Positions 49,520 through 63,108 are shown, numbered from the stretch's first letter. The stretch is DNA of 64,000 bases from Chiloscyllium plagiosum (GCF_004010195.1 NC_057718.1:84917968-84981967), one strand, 5' to 3'. Numbers and translations: made by a program. Notes: generated by a model from the letters alone, not told the origin.

Positions 49520-52500
49520 TAATCGGGATAAGGGATAACACTATAGCTGTACTTGGGGAAGATATTCCTGTGAATATGTCCAGGGAAGTCATTTGGGTGG
49601 AACTGAGAAATAAGAAAGAGATGAGCACTTCATTGGGATTGTACTATAGACCCCCCCCCCCACCGCAACCTCCATCGTCAGCAGGAAATTGAGAAACAAA
49701 TTTGGAAGGAGATATCAGTTATCTGTAAGAATAATAGAGTGGTTATGGTAGGGGATTTTAACTTTCCAGACAGACTGGGACTGCCATTGTGTTAAGGGTT
49801 TAGGTGGAGAGGAATTAAAGTTTGTACAAGAACATTTTCTGATTCAGTGTGTGGATGTACCTACTAGAGAAGGTGCAAAACTTGACCTACTCTTGGGAAA
49901 TAAGGCTGGGCAAGTGACTGATGTATCAGTGGGGGAGCACTTCAGGTCCATTAACCATAATTCTATATAAGTTTTTAAAATAATGATGGAAAAGGATAGA
50001 TAAGATCTAAAAGTTGAAATTCTAAATTAGAGGAAGGTCAATTTTGACAGTGTTAGGCAAATACTTTCGAAAGTTGATTGGGGGCGGAATTTTGCAGGTA
50101 AAGGTACGTCTGGTAAATGGAAAGCCTTCAAAAATGAGGTAACAAGAGTCTAGAGACAGTATGTTCTGTTATGGTGAAAGGCAAAACTGGTAGGTGCAGG
50201 GAACACTGGATAACTAGAGAAATTGAAGTTTTGATTAAGAAAAAGAAAGCGTATACCAAGTATAGATGGCAGAGATGGAATGAATCTTTAGAATATAAAG
50301 ACAGTAGGAGTGTACTTAAGAGGGAAATCAGGAGGCCACAAAGGGGACCTGAGTAGGGTTAAGGAGAATCCAAACCTATTTTATGATACATTAAGGTCAA
50401 AAGGCTAACTCTGGAGAGAATAGGGTCTGTTGAAGACCAGCTAGGCAGCAGATGTGTGGAACTGCAGGAGATGGAGATACTAAACAAATATTTTGCATTA
50501 GTGTTTACTGTGGAGAAGAACATGGGAGATATAGAATGTGAGGAAATAGATGGTGACATCTTGAAAACTGTCCCTATTACAGAGGAGGTGGAACTGTATG
50601 TGTCAGAATGCATAAAGGTGGATAAATCCCCAGGACCAGATCAGGTGTACCCTAGAACTATGGGAAGCTAGGGAAGTGATTGCTGGGCCCCTTGCTGCGA
50701 TATTTATATCATCGATTATTACAGATGAAGTGCCTGAAGACTGGAGGTTGGCTAACGTGGTGCCACTATTTAAGAAAGGTGCCAAGGAAAAGCCAGGTGA
50801 GCCTGGCATTGGTGGTGGGCAAGTTTTTGTAGGGAATCTTGGGGGACATGATTGACATGTATTTGGAAAGGCAAGGACTGGTGGCGTTGTGTGGAAAATT
50901 GGTCTCTCTGACTTGATTGAGCTTTTTGAAGAAGTAACAAAGAGGATTGATAAGAACAGAGTGGTGGACGTGATATACATGGACTTCAGAAAGGTGTTCG
51001 ACAAGGTTTCCCATGGTCGACTGATTATGAAATAGAATTAAAATCCTTACAGTGTGGAAACAGGCCTTCGGCTCAACAAGTCCACACTGACTCTCCAAAG
51101 AGTAACCCACCCAGACACGTTCCCCTATCCTATATTTGTCCCTAACTAATGCACCTAACCTACACATCCCAATGGGCAATTTAGCATGGCCAGTTGACCT
51201 AACCTGCACATCTTTGGACTGTGGGAGGAAACTGGAGCACCCGGACGAAACCTGCGCAGACTCCACACAGGCAGTCGCCTGAGTGGAATTGAAACCAGGT
51301 CCCTGAAGCTATGTGGCAGCAGTGCTAGTTACTGAGCCACCGTGCCACCCCAAAGTTAGATCAGATGGAAAGGAGGGAGAATGAGCTATTTGGATATAGA
51401 ATTGGCTCAAAGCTAGAAGACAGGGTGGTGGTGGAGGGTTGCTTTTCAGACCTAGGCCTGTGATCAGTGATGTGCCATAAGGGTGCTGAATCCACTGCTT
51501 TTCGTCAGTTATGTAAATGATTTGAATGTGAACATACAAGATATAGTTAATAAGTTTGCAGATGACTAATTTGGCAGGGGGCTGGGAACCAGAAGAAAAG
51601 ACTACTAGACAGTGAGGTGGAAACTGAGACTGTAAGGATCATGAAATTAGCTTTATCAAGGGGAAGAGCAGGCAGAGAGCAGATGAAAGCAAAAGAACTG
51701 GTGGCCTTGAGTGCATATATTTTAATGCAAGGAGTATAATGGGGTAAGGCAGATGAATTTAGGGCTTGGATTGGCATCTGGGAGTATAACGTTATTGCGA
51801 TCATAGAGACTTGGTTGAAGGAAGAGCATGATTGGCAACTAAGTGTTTCAGGATATAGGTGCTTCAGACAGGACAGGGAGGGGGAAGAGTTGCATTGCTG
51901 GTTAGGGATGATATCATGGCTGTGCTAAAGGAGGACACTTTGAGGGCTTGAGCAGCGAGACGTTATGGGTGAGGCTGAGAAATAAGGAGGGTGCAGTTAC
52001 ATTGGTGGGGCTGTATTACAGGCCTCCCAACAGTGAGCGTGAGGTAGAACAGCTAGATAAACCGATTATGGGAAGATGTAGAGGCAACAGGGTGGTGGTG
52101 ATGGGAGATTTTAATTTTCCCAACATTAACTGGCATGGACTTAGTGTCAGAGGTCTGCATGGAGCAGAATTTGTAAGGAGCATACAGGAAAGTTTTCTCG
52201 AGCATTATGTCAATAGTCCAACCAGGGGAAGCAGCTATATTGGACCTGGTGTTGGGGATTGAGCCAGGCCAGGTGGTAGAAGTTGCACTGAGGGAATTTC
52301 TTTGGGAATAGTGACCACAATTCTGTAAGTTTTAGAATACTTGTAGGCAAAGATGAGAGTGGCCCTGAGGGGTAAGTACTAAACTGGGCCAAGGCCAATT
52401 ATGTCAAAATTTGGCAGGAGCTGGGAAATGTGGATTGGACACAGCTATTTGAAAGAAAGTTCACATTTGATATATGGGAGGCTTTCAAAGGTAGGTTGAA

Positions 52501-55500
52501 GATAGTGCAACATAGGCATATTCCTTTGAAAACAAAGGATAGGAAAGGCAAGATTCGTGAACTGTGGATGATAGGAGAAATAGTGTGACTAGCCAAGAGG
52601 AAAAGGGAAGCGTACATAAGGTCCAGGCAGCTAAGAACAAAACTGGCCTTGGAGGAATATTGGGAGAGTAGGACCAATCTTAAATGAGGAATCAAGCAGG
52701 CTAAAAGGGGTCATTAAATAACTTTAGCGAGCAGAATTAAGGAGAATCCCAAGGCCTTCTCTTGCTTCTTACAGAAGAATAAGGTAACCAGAAAAAGGGT
52801 TGGTCCACTAAAAGATAAGCAAGGAAGGTTGTGTGTCGAACATGAGAAAATTGGTGAGATTCTCAATGATTACTTTTCACCAGTGTTCACTGAGGAATGG
52901 GAAGTGATGAATGCTAAGATTAGAAGTAGAAGTTTATTTACTCTAGATCACGTTGACATGAGGGAAGATACGTTGGATAGACTGATGTCAGTGGTGGGAA
53001 AGTTGCTGGAGAAGGTACTGAGGGATAAAATCGATCTATATTTGGAAAAGAATGGGTTTATCAGTGATAGGCGTTAAGGTTCTCCATGGTAAACTAATGT
53101 AGAAAGTGAAGTCACATGGTGTGCAGGGTGTTCTAGCTAGATGGGTAAAGAACTTGAGCAACAGGAGACAGAAGTAGTTGAAGGGAATTTCTCAAAATGG
53201 AGAACGGTGACCAGTGGTGTACCACAGGGATCAGTGCTGGGGCCACTGTTGTTTGTAATGTACATAAATGATCTGGAAGAGGGCATTGTTGGTCTGATCC
53301 GTAAGTTTGCAGATGACATGAAGATTGGTGGAGTAGCAGAAAGAATAAGGGACTGTCAAAGAATACAGGAGAATATAGATAGACTGGAGAGTTGGGTGGA
53401 GAAGTGGCAGATGGAGTTCAATCCATGCAAATGTGAGGTGATGCATTTTGGGAAGTCTAATTCTAGAGCGAGCTATATAGTAAACTGAAGAGCCTTGGGA
53501 AAAGTTAGCAGAGAGATCTGGGAGTTCAGGTCCATTGTACCCTGAAGGTGGCTGCACAGGTGGATAGAGTGGTCAAGAAGACATATGGTATGCTTGCCTT
53601 CATCGGCCGGGATATTGGGTGTAAGAAATGGCAGGTCATGTTAAAATTGTACAAGACTTTGGTTTGGCTGCATTTAAAATGCTCTGCACAGTTCTGGTCG
53701 CCACATTACCAAGAGGATGTGGATGCTTTGGAGAGGGTGCAGAGAAAGTTTACAAGGATGTATTCTGCTTTGGAAGATGCTAGCTATGAAGAGAGGTTGA
53801 GTAGGTTAGGATTGTTTTCATTAGGAAAAAGCAGATTAAGTTGGGAACCTGACTGAGGTCTACAAAATCATGAAGGGTATAGACAAGGTAGATAGAGATA
53901 AGGTATTTCCCAGGGTGAGGGATCCAATGAAGAGCGGTCACAGGTTCAAGGTAAGAGGTGAAAAGTTTTTAAGGGGGATGTATGTGGCAAGTACTTAGCA
54001 CAGGGTGACAGGTGCCTGGAATGCATTGCCAGTAGAGATAGTAGAGGCAGGCACAGTAGATTCATTTAAGGTGTGTCTGTGCAGATGCATGAATAGGTGG
54101 GGAGCAGAGGAATTGGGCGATAGGTTTAGACAGGGAATTTGGATCGCTCAGGCTTGGAGGGCCGAAGGGCCTTTTCCTCAGCTGTAAATTTTCTTTGCTC
54201 TTTTTGTGACACCTAAATTGGAGGTGCAGTAGACAGCAACAAAGGTTTCCTCCAAATACAATGGGATCTCGATCAGGTGGGCCAGTAGGCTGAGGAGTGG
54301 CAGCTGGAGTTTAATTTAGATTAATGTGAGGTGCTACATTTTGGAAGGGTAAATCAGGGTAGGACCTGTACACTTAATGGGAAGGTCCTGGGGATTGTTG
54401 GTGAACAAAGAGACCTTGGAATGGAGGTTTGTAGTTCCTTGAATATGGGGTAGCATGTAGATAAGATAGTGAAGAAGGCGTTTGGTGTGCTGTCCTTTTA
54501 TTGGTCAGAGCATAGAATATAGGAGTTGGGAGGCTAATTTGTGGCTGTACGCGACATTGGTTCGGCCACTTTTGGAATACTGCATGCAGTTTTGGTCTCC
54601 CTCCTGTAGGAAGGATATTGTGAATCTTGAAAGGGTTCAGAAAAGATTTACAACAATGTTGCCAAAGTTGGAGGGTTTGAGCTATAGGGAGAGGCTGAAT
54701 AGGCTGGGGCTGTTTTCCCTGGAGTGTCGGAGGCTGAGAGGTGACCTTAAAGAAGTCTACGTAATCATGAGGGGCATGGATAGGATAAATACCCAGGTCT
54801 TTTCCATGGGGTGGGGAGTCCAGAACTAGAGGGCATAGGTTTAGGGTGAGAGGGGAAAGATTTAAAAGGGACCAAACGGGCAACCTTTTCGCACAGAGGG
54901 TGTTGCACATATGGACAATAGACAATAGGTGTAGGAGTAGGCCATTCTGCCCTTCGAGTCTGCACTACCATTCAATATGATCATGGTTGATCATCCTTAA
55001 TCAGTATCCTGTTCCTGCCTTATCTCCATAACCCTTGATTCCACCATCCTTGAGAGCTCTATTCAACTCTTTTTCTTAAATGAATCCAGAGACTGGGCCT
55101 CCACTGCCCTCTGGGGAAGAGCATTCCACACAGCCACCACTGCCTGGGTGAAGAAATTTCTCCTCATCTCTGTCCTAAATGGTCTACCCAGTATTTTTAA
55201 GCTGTGTCCTCTGGTTTGACACTCGCCCATCAGCGGAAACATGTTTCCTGCCTCCAGGGTGTCCAATCCTTTCATAATCTTATATGTCTCAATCAGATCC
55301 CCTCTCAGTCTTCTAAACTCCAGGGTATACAAGCCCAGTCGCTTCACTCTCTTCAACTGTGGCGTAATCACTTCACTTAACCTCCTTGTCAAAGACTCCT
55401 GAGCTAAAGCCTCACTCTTCAATCCACAGGAACTTCCTTGGACCCTCTTTTTGGGGCAAGTCTGTGGACTTTTAATTTAGGTTAGAAGAGGTGCCTTCCT

Positions 55501-57152
55501 GTTCTTGCCACCAAAGTGGATAACTATACATTTATCCACATTAAACTGCATCTGCCATGCATCTGACCACTCACCTAACCTGTCCAGGTCACTCTGTAAT
55601 CTCCTAACATCCTCCTCACATTTCACCCTGCCACCCAGCTTAGTATCATCAGCAAATTTGCTAATGTTATTGCTAATACTATCTTCTATATCATTAACAT
55701 ATTGTAAAAAGCTGCAGTCCCAGTACTGATCCCTGCGGTACCCCACTGGTCACTGCCTGCCATTCCGAAATGGAGCCATTTACCACTACACTGTTTCCTA
55801 TCAGCCAACCAACTTTCAATCCAAGTTAGTACTTTGCCCCCAATACCATGCGCCCTAATTTTGCTCACTAACCTCCTGTGTGGGACTTTATCAAAAGCTT
55901 TCTGAAAGTCCAGGTACACTACATCTACTGGATCTCCCTTGTCCATCTTCAGAGTTGCATCCTCAAAAAATTCCAGAAGATTAGTTAAGCATGATTTCCT
56001 CTTCATAAATCCATGCTGACCCTGACCTATCCTGTTACTACTATCCAGATGTGTCGTAATTTCATCCTTTATAATTGACTCCAGCATCTTTCCCACCACT
56101 GAGGTCAGACTAACTGGTCTATAATTTCCTGCTTTCTCTCTCCCACCTTTCTCAACATTAGCCACCCTGCAATCCGAAGGAACTAATCCAGAATCTATCG
56201 AACTCTGGAAAATCATCACCAACGCATTCACGATTTCTCGAGCCACCTCCTTCAGTACCCTGGGATATTGACCATCAGGCCCCAGAGACCTAACAGTCTC
56301 TCCAACACCAATTCCTGGCAAATATAAATTCCCTTAAGTTAAGGTCCTTCAGCCACTGTTACCTCGGGGAGATTGCTTGTGTCTTCCCCAGAAAACACAG
56401 ATCTGAAGTACCAATTCAATTCTTCTGCCATTTCTTTGTTCCCCGTAATATATTCCCCTGTTTCTGTCTTCAAGGGCCCAATTTTAGTCTTCACCATTTT
56501 TTTGCCTTTCACATACCTAAAAAAACTTTTACTATCCTCCTTTATGTTATTGGCCAGTTTACCTTCGTACCTCATTTTTTCTCTGCATATTTCCTTCTTA
56601 GTAATCCTCTGTTGTTCTTTAGAAGCTTCCCAGTCTTCCGTTTTCCCCCTTATCTTTGCTATGTTATACTTTTTCTCTTTTAACTTTATATGTTTCTTAA
56701 CTTCCCTCGTCAGCCAAGGCCACCCCTGCCTCCTCCTAGGATCTTTCTTCCTTTTTGGAATGAACTGATCCTGCAACTTCTGCATTATACACAGAAATAT
56801 CCGCCATTGTTCCTCCACAGTCATCCCTGCTAAGGTATTGCACCATTGAACTTTGGCCATCTCCTCCCTCATAGGTCCACAGTTCCCTTTATTCAATAGA
56901 AATATAGTCACTTCCGACTATACCCTCTCCCTCTCAAATTGCAGATTGAAGCTTATTGTATTATGGAATGAGCTGCCAGAAGAAGTGATGGAGGCTGGTA
57001 CAGTTGCAACATTTAAAAGCATCTGGATGGATATATGAATAGGAAGGGTTTAGAGGGCCAAGTGGTGGCAAATGGGACTAGATTAATTTACCATATCTGG
57101 TTGGCATGGATGAGTTGGACCGAAGGGTTTGTTTTCATGCTGTTCGTCTCTG
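49520..57152. mobile_element. Nested CR1 cluster: outer plus copy, inner plus copy (~51570-54200), inner minus copy (54916-56961) and an HE1 SINE (51035-51350, minus)
   Basis: APE motifs (GLYYRPPNS, VVMGDFNFP) and RT motifs (GVPQGSVLGPLLF, KFADD, GNYRPVSLTSVVGK, VYLDFQKAFDKVPH); the outer copy resumes at ~54205 and ~56962. Confidence 0.88.
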
Positions 57153-58553
57153 ACTGCTGTTACTTATATGGTCATAGTCACAGCATCTGTAGCAATAGCC
57201 TCCCTTACTTTGTACCCTATTGACTCCTGACCCCACGATGTCAACTCTGGAATCCTCGAAGACAGTGGCATTGGTTTGGTCCTCTTTCTCATGTCTTTAT
57301 GACAACATCTGCAAATGATGTCAGCTTGCTACACATGTACTGTTGCATAATGTTTTCGATGTAAAAGGTACTGCAAAAATATTGTTTGCTGCTTTAAACT
57401 AATTGGCAAATTTCTCAGTAGCTCAGACTGGGAACATACTGTGAAGAAATGAAACAATTAATTTGGATTCTAATGGCTGATTTAATTTTTATTTTGAGAA
57501 GCAATATAAAGGTTCTGTCTTAGAATTGTTGAGCACGGTTGGTAGGAACAAGAAAATAAAAGTCAGCACATTAGCCGTTCATCCAGTTTCATAATCAAAA
57601 ACAAATCATTTTTGTTGTCTTAAAATCTACTTCCCATTGCTTCCTGCTGAAATTGAACCCTGTGTAATTCCAATGAACCCTGTGTTCATTGCTTCGGTTA
57701 GATCACGGTTCTACTAATTTTGGTTGTGTCGATATTGAAAGGTTTTATTTTCTGGATCTAACTAACAATACCAACTAAAATCCATTTGTTTATTATACAT
57801 CTCATAAATGTTTGTCATAGTGCCATGAGCATTTATCTTGAAGCATGAAAACAATGGTACCAGATCTGGTTTAAATGTGAATATTTGCAGCTTAACAATG
57901 GTGTGTTGATATGTCCTAAACAAAGTCCAGTTTGTTCAGGTTAACGTTTACTGCTCAGCTGTGAAACAGAAGGCAAACAACAAAAAAAAAGTCATTGCTT
58001 GTTCTTGGAAAAAATGCCAGTAGTCTTCTGTAGAATTAGATCCGAGCAATAAAGACAGATATACTTATAATCCCAAATTCCTTGTTATTTGGATTAAATT
58101 GAAGACCATAAGTTAAATCCTGTTTTCAAAAAGCCTGTTTTTATACTTTATTTTCTTGTGCAAATTTTCAGCTTGAAGAGTCAAGTAATCTGGATTTCAA
58201 TATGGAAGTTTTTGCAAACAAAACACCATATATAATGTAAATTTTCTTCATTTTGCTGAGGTGAATCAACTTAGTTCAGCATAGAAAGGCTTGGATTTTC
58301 ATTGCAACTCACCCAAATAACTTTTTTTAGAATTATTTTCTCTGAATTTGGTGCTGTGATGGATGTTGAGCATTGAGAGTGGAAGAGGTTTTTGGCATTT
58401 ATTGTCAATATCATTCTAGTTAAAGTAGATATTGCAGTTTGATGCAAAGTTAAACTCACTTCACTTTTCTCCAATAACGGAACACTCTATTCCAGTTTCA
58501 GAAGACTTTTCCTCCTTCCGCAATCTTGTGATGTTTTCCCATGTCAGCTATTA

Positions 58554-58868
58554 TTAGATTAGGTTACATAGTGTGGAAACAGGCCCTTCGGCCCAACAAG
58601 TCCACACCAACCCACCGAAGCGCGACCCACCGAAGCACAACCCACCCAGACCCATTCCCCTACATTTACCCCTTCACCTAATACTACAGGCAATTTAGCA
58701 TGGCCAATTCACCTAACCTGCACATTTTTTTTGGATTGTGGAAGGAAACTGGAGCACCCGGAGGAAACCCACGCAGACACGGGGAGAATGTGCAAACTCC
58801 ACACAGAGAGTAGCCTGAGGTGGGAATTGAACCCGGGTCTCTGGCGCTGTGAGGCAGCAGTGCCACCC
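58554..58868 (-). mobile_element. HE1-type V-SINE
   Basis: Reverse-complement similarity to 5171-5478; small internal tandem duplication ACCCACCGAAGC. Confidence 0.88.
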
Positions 58869-59743
58869 ATTATGTTGATATTTGAAATGGTTTAATTTAC
58901 GATCATGATTTTGTTGTGCCCAGTGTAACTGCTTTGAAACTCCCCAGGATCCTTTCATGGAGAACATTTGTTGCATGTAGCCAGAAGAGAATGCAGTCAT
59001 CACTGGATTTAAGATTTCAGAAATCAAAGGCTGTTGTGTCACTTAGTTTTTGGAATTCTGGGTATGAGGTTTAAAGTAAACCCAAGCTGATTTGAGAAAA
59101 ATAACTTTTATGCGAAGGGCATCCCTGGTATTGAACTGTTGAGTTTCAAATTTAAAAATCCAGTTTTCCGTTGCTGATGTTGATGAGAAATTATTTTGGG
59201 TGCATTCACAGATTTGCACAGGGTAGTACTAAAATGATTGTGTTAGAAAGAAATGTGAATCTGGTGCTGCTTGCTGCATGATTGCCTGCACAACAACCTG
59301 TCATAGAGATGTACAGCATGGAAACAGACCCTTCGGTCCAACCTGTCCATACCGACCAGACATCCCAACCCAGTTTAGTCCCACCTGCCAGCATCTGGCC
59401 CATGTCTCTCCAAACCCTTCAAATAATTTAATTGTGTCATGATGGCATCACCTTTTGGTGAGAGAGGTTAAAAGTTAATTAAGGCCCCTTTCACCTGTCA
59501 TTAGAGTACTTTTTCTCAACTGTTCATCCAGTGTAATTTATGGCAGTCATGGAGTGTGTCACAGCTATAGGGCTGGGGAGGAACTATCCACAAAAGTAGG
59601 ATACAAATAAAATGTAAAATTTAATTCTAGCAATTAGAGTCCATTATGTCCTATAATCAAAAAATCCATTTTATTTCATAAAGCATTCTTCTGTTATGAG
59701 CAGTGCTCTGTGTACAACACTAACCCACTCTGTTTATTTGTAG

Positions 59744-59863
59744 GCACACAGTACCTGCCAGTCTATGGAAGGAAGCTCAGGGAAAGGACCAAATGTGGTA
59801 TGAAGGGACTTTGGCATTAGGCAATCCTATCATTCTTTACTTCCATGGCAATGCAGGCACCAG
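59744..59863 (+). CDS. ABHD12: ABHD12 coding exon 4
   Basis: Branch-point-like [54 protein letters not shown](R) vs human [40 protein letters not shown]; 120 nt; donor AG|GTAAGA. Confidence 0.96.
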
Positions 59864-60087
59864 GTAAGAAGTTGGATGATTTGTAAAATCTCAAACTGGT
59901 TCCTTCCGAACTTTCTCATGATGTAACCCAGACTGAAAATATTGAGATGAGGATGAAGAGTATAGTTACAGAGCAATTGATGTAGTAGAATTTGAAATCA
60001 TTGACTCCCCTTTTGAAATAATATGATCATGGCAGCAACTGGGCCTCTGCGAACAGGTGGCTGAGTCACACTATTCAACAGAAAATA

Positions 60088-61315
60088 TGTTGTGGTTCTG
60101 TTTGCCAAGCCGGGAATTTGTGTTGCAGATTTTTCGTCCCCTGTCTAGGTGACATCCTCAGTGCTTGGGAGCCTCCTGTGAAGCGCTTCTGTGATGTTTC
60201 CTCCGGCATTTATAGTGATTTGTACCTGCTGCTTCCGGTTGTCAGTTCCAGATGTCCGCTGCAGTGGCCGGTATATTGGGCCCAGGTCGATGTACTTATT
60301 GATTGAATCTGTGGATGAGTGCCATGTCTGTAGGAATTCCCTGGCTGTTCTCTGTTTGGCTTGTCCTATAATAGTAGTGTTGTCCCAGTCGATATCATGT
60401 TGCTTGTCATCTGAGTGTGTGGCGACTAAGGATAGCTGGTCATGTCGTTTTGTGGATAGTTGGTGTTCACGGATATGGACCGTTAGCTGTCTTCCTGTTT
60501 GTCCTATGTAGTGTTTTGTGCAGTCCTTGCATGGGATTTTGTACACTAAATTGGTTTTGCTCATGCTGGGTATCGGGTCCTTCGTCCTGGTGAGTTGTTG
60601 TCTGAGAGTGGCTGTTGGTTTGTGTGCTGTTACGAGTCCTAGTGGTCGCAGTAGTCTGGCTGTCAGTTCAGAAATGTTTTTGATGTATGGTAGTGTGGCT
60701 AGTCCTTTGGGTCGTCGCATGTCTTCATTCTGTTGTCTTTCCCTGAGGCATCTGTGGATGAAATTGCNNNNNNNNNNNNNNNNNNNNNNNNNNNNNNNNN
60801 NNNNNNNNNNNNNNNNNNNNNNNNNNNNNNNNNNNNNNNNNNNNNNNNNNNNNNNNNNNNNNNNNNNNNNNNNNNNNNNNNNNNNNNNNNNNNNNNNNNN
60901 NNNNNNNNNNNNNNNNNNNNNNNNNNNNNNNNNNNNNNNNNNNNNNNNNNNNNNNNNNNNNNNNNNNNNNNNNNNNNNNNNNNNNNNNNNNNNNNNNNNN
61001 NNNNNNNNNNNNNNNNNNNNNNNNNNNNNNNNNNNNNNNTCATGTTGCTTGTCATCTGTGTGTGTGGCTACTAAGGATAGCTGGTTGTGTTGTTTCGTGG
61101 CTAGTTGGTGTGGCTAGCTGGAACTGACAACCGGAAGCGGCAGATATAAATCACTATAAATGCCGGAGGAAAGATTACAGAAGCGCTTCACAGGAGGCTC
61201 CCAAGCACTGAGGATGTCACCTAGACAGGGGACGAAACGTCTGCAACACAAATTCCCAGCTCGGCGAACAGAACCACAACAACGAGCACCCGAGCTACAA
61301 ATCTTCTCCCAAACT
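60088..61315 (-). mobile_element. Relatively young PLE family B with GIY-YIG ORF, inverted terminal repeat (61113-61315, plus) and 14-bp TSD
   Basis: Open frame 60145-60720 with LVYKIPCKDCTKHYIGQTGRQL..REH; TTCAACAGAAAATA at 60074-60087 and 61316-61329; spans an N gap. Confidence 0.9.
61205..61244 (+). ncRNA. Minimal type I hammerhead ribozyme motif in a PLE terminal repeat
   Basis: GCA-CTGAGGA-T-GTCACC-TAGACA-GGGGAC-GAAACGTC-TGC: intact core, stem I GCA/TGC, stem II, palindromic ACGT arm, GUC triplet ending at 61241. Confidence 0.75.
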
Positions 61316-62529
61316 TTCAACAGAAAATAAATCTGGACCTTTAAAGAAATCTTGCAGGAAATCAAAATTGAAAGAGTACAAAGATTTATCGGGCAGAAGG
61401 TGGTTACATAGATACAGAGGTATGAAGCTGTCAGGGAATTGAAAGCAAGGAAGAGAATTTTAACAGTGTGCTAATATTTTCAAAGTGCAATATGTCACAT
61501 CTAGTTTTAAAAACTGTAGGTGCAATTCTATATTTTTGTGTTCTTGAGGGTCAAAGATTAGAAATAACTACAAGGGAAGATTTCCCAATTGATTTAGCTT
61601 TACTGTAATAACAAACGTGAATATAAAAATGTTGACAGTTGTTACAAAGAGCAACAAGGGAAGCTTACACAAAATAAGAGTGTTTATAACATAAGCAGGA
61701 AAGAGAAGTGAATATGACTTTTTAAAAAACCTTTATTATTCAGCTGGCAAGCAACTCTTAGCTCAGGTTCGGACTAAGAAAATCATCAATCACAATATGT
61801 AATTGGTAAGAAGAATGTTATGAAGTTGATCATGGGGTCAATCAGCCACTGCAAAGTTTCTGTTATTCCATTTAGTTCTAGCCATTATGAGTCAGGGTTT
61901 CTAGCTTATAAGTCAGTTGGCTTTTTAGTAATAAAAATGTAATTTTTCCAACTTGCACATAACAATCTCTTCAGTTTTGAAATTAAATTTTGCAGAGATT
62001 GCATTTTCATGTCTCAACTCTGCCTAGATGTTATCTGTCACCAGATTTATTGCAACTGAAATGTCTCAGTTTCCAATTGTTTCCAATTTTCAAAGTTTTA
62101 AAGTCAGCAGCAAATTTACGTAGATTCTTCCAGATGTCTAGAATTGCATGAAGACTCTTTCCTATTTTATCATAGTTGATTTCTCAAACCTGCTTAATTA
62201 GTTAATTGTGTTTAGCAGCTCAACAAAAACAAATGTTGAATCCTGATTTTTTTGGGCAGAGTGATTAAAGTTGAATTCTACAGAGAACAACAGATACAAT
62301 TTCTGATCAGAGAAGCAATTGAGCATTAGCAGGGAACATAACACTACATTTGCCTGATTGATCTACACGAAACCAGCAGGCTACCTGCCTTTGGGAGGCA
62401 GTAGTGTAGTTGTAATGGTAGTGGATTAGTAATCCAGAAATCTGGTTAAATGTGCTGGCCTCGTGGGAATTGAATCTCACCATGGGAATTGGTGAAATTT
62501 GAAATCTGTTAAGAATTTGGAATAAAATG

Positions 62530-63108
62530 TATTATGGACTAGGCCAGACTACTCAAAGCATTCTTAACCAGGCAGCCCAGACCATAACTTGGCAATTTGT
62601 TTTGGTAAGTGTACAGTGAAAATTACCCAGATTAAGTTAGCTAGGTTGACTACCAGATTTTAAAACAGACAAAAATGTGGTTACAAAATTATGCAATGAA
62701 GCACAAAGAACAGAATAAGGAACCCCAAAAGAAATCAGCCTATCCAAACTGGACTTAATTCTGCTGTTCCCAAATATACATCCCCGATAAGTAAGCCCCC
62801 ATATAAAAAAAAACAGTAAATATGGAACAAATGCTTACAGGTTGAAGTTAAAAGGGCAGAAGGAGAGAGTGAGCCTGTTTCCACACAGCTGGACTGAACT
62901 GCTCAGCTAGAGAACTGACCATTCCCCTTTCATTATACAGATCACTTCTAAAACATGATCACTTTGGCCTGAAGTCACATCCGTTTACATATAAACAAAG
63001 ATGCCCAAGTCTAATCAGGACCAGGAGCTGTCTATGATTCCTCTGAAAACCAAAGAGACAGTATCCTTGAGAAAAGCCTTTAGAAAACAAGGGACCAGCT
63101 TAGTGACA
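62530..63108 (-). mobile_element. Solo LTR with 4-bp TSD, inserted into a SINE
   Basis: Minus strand starts TGTCAC and ends CCATAATA (cf. ..AACA); AATG at 62526-62529 and 63109-63112; the host SINE continues on both sides. Confidence 0.75.

Noticed and set aside
57655..57691. 12-bp direct repeat TGAACCCTGTGT with a small hairpin
   Set aside because: Too short; likely a local slippage duplication.
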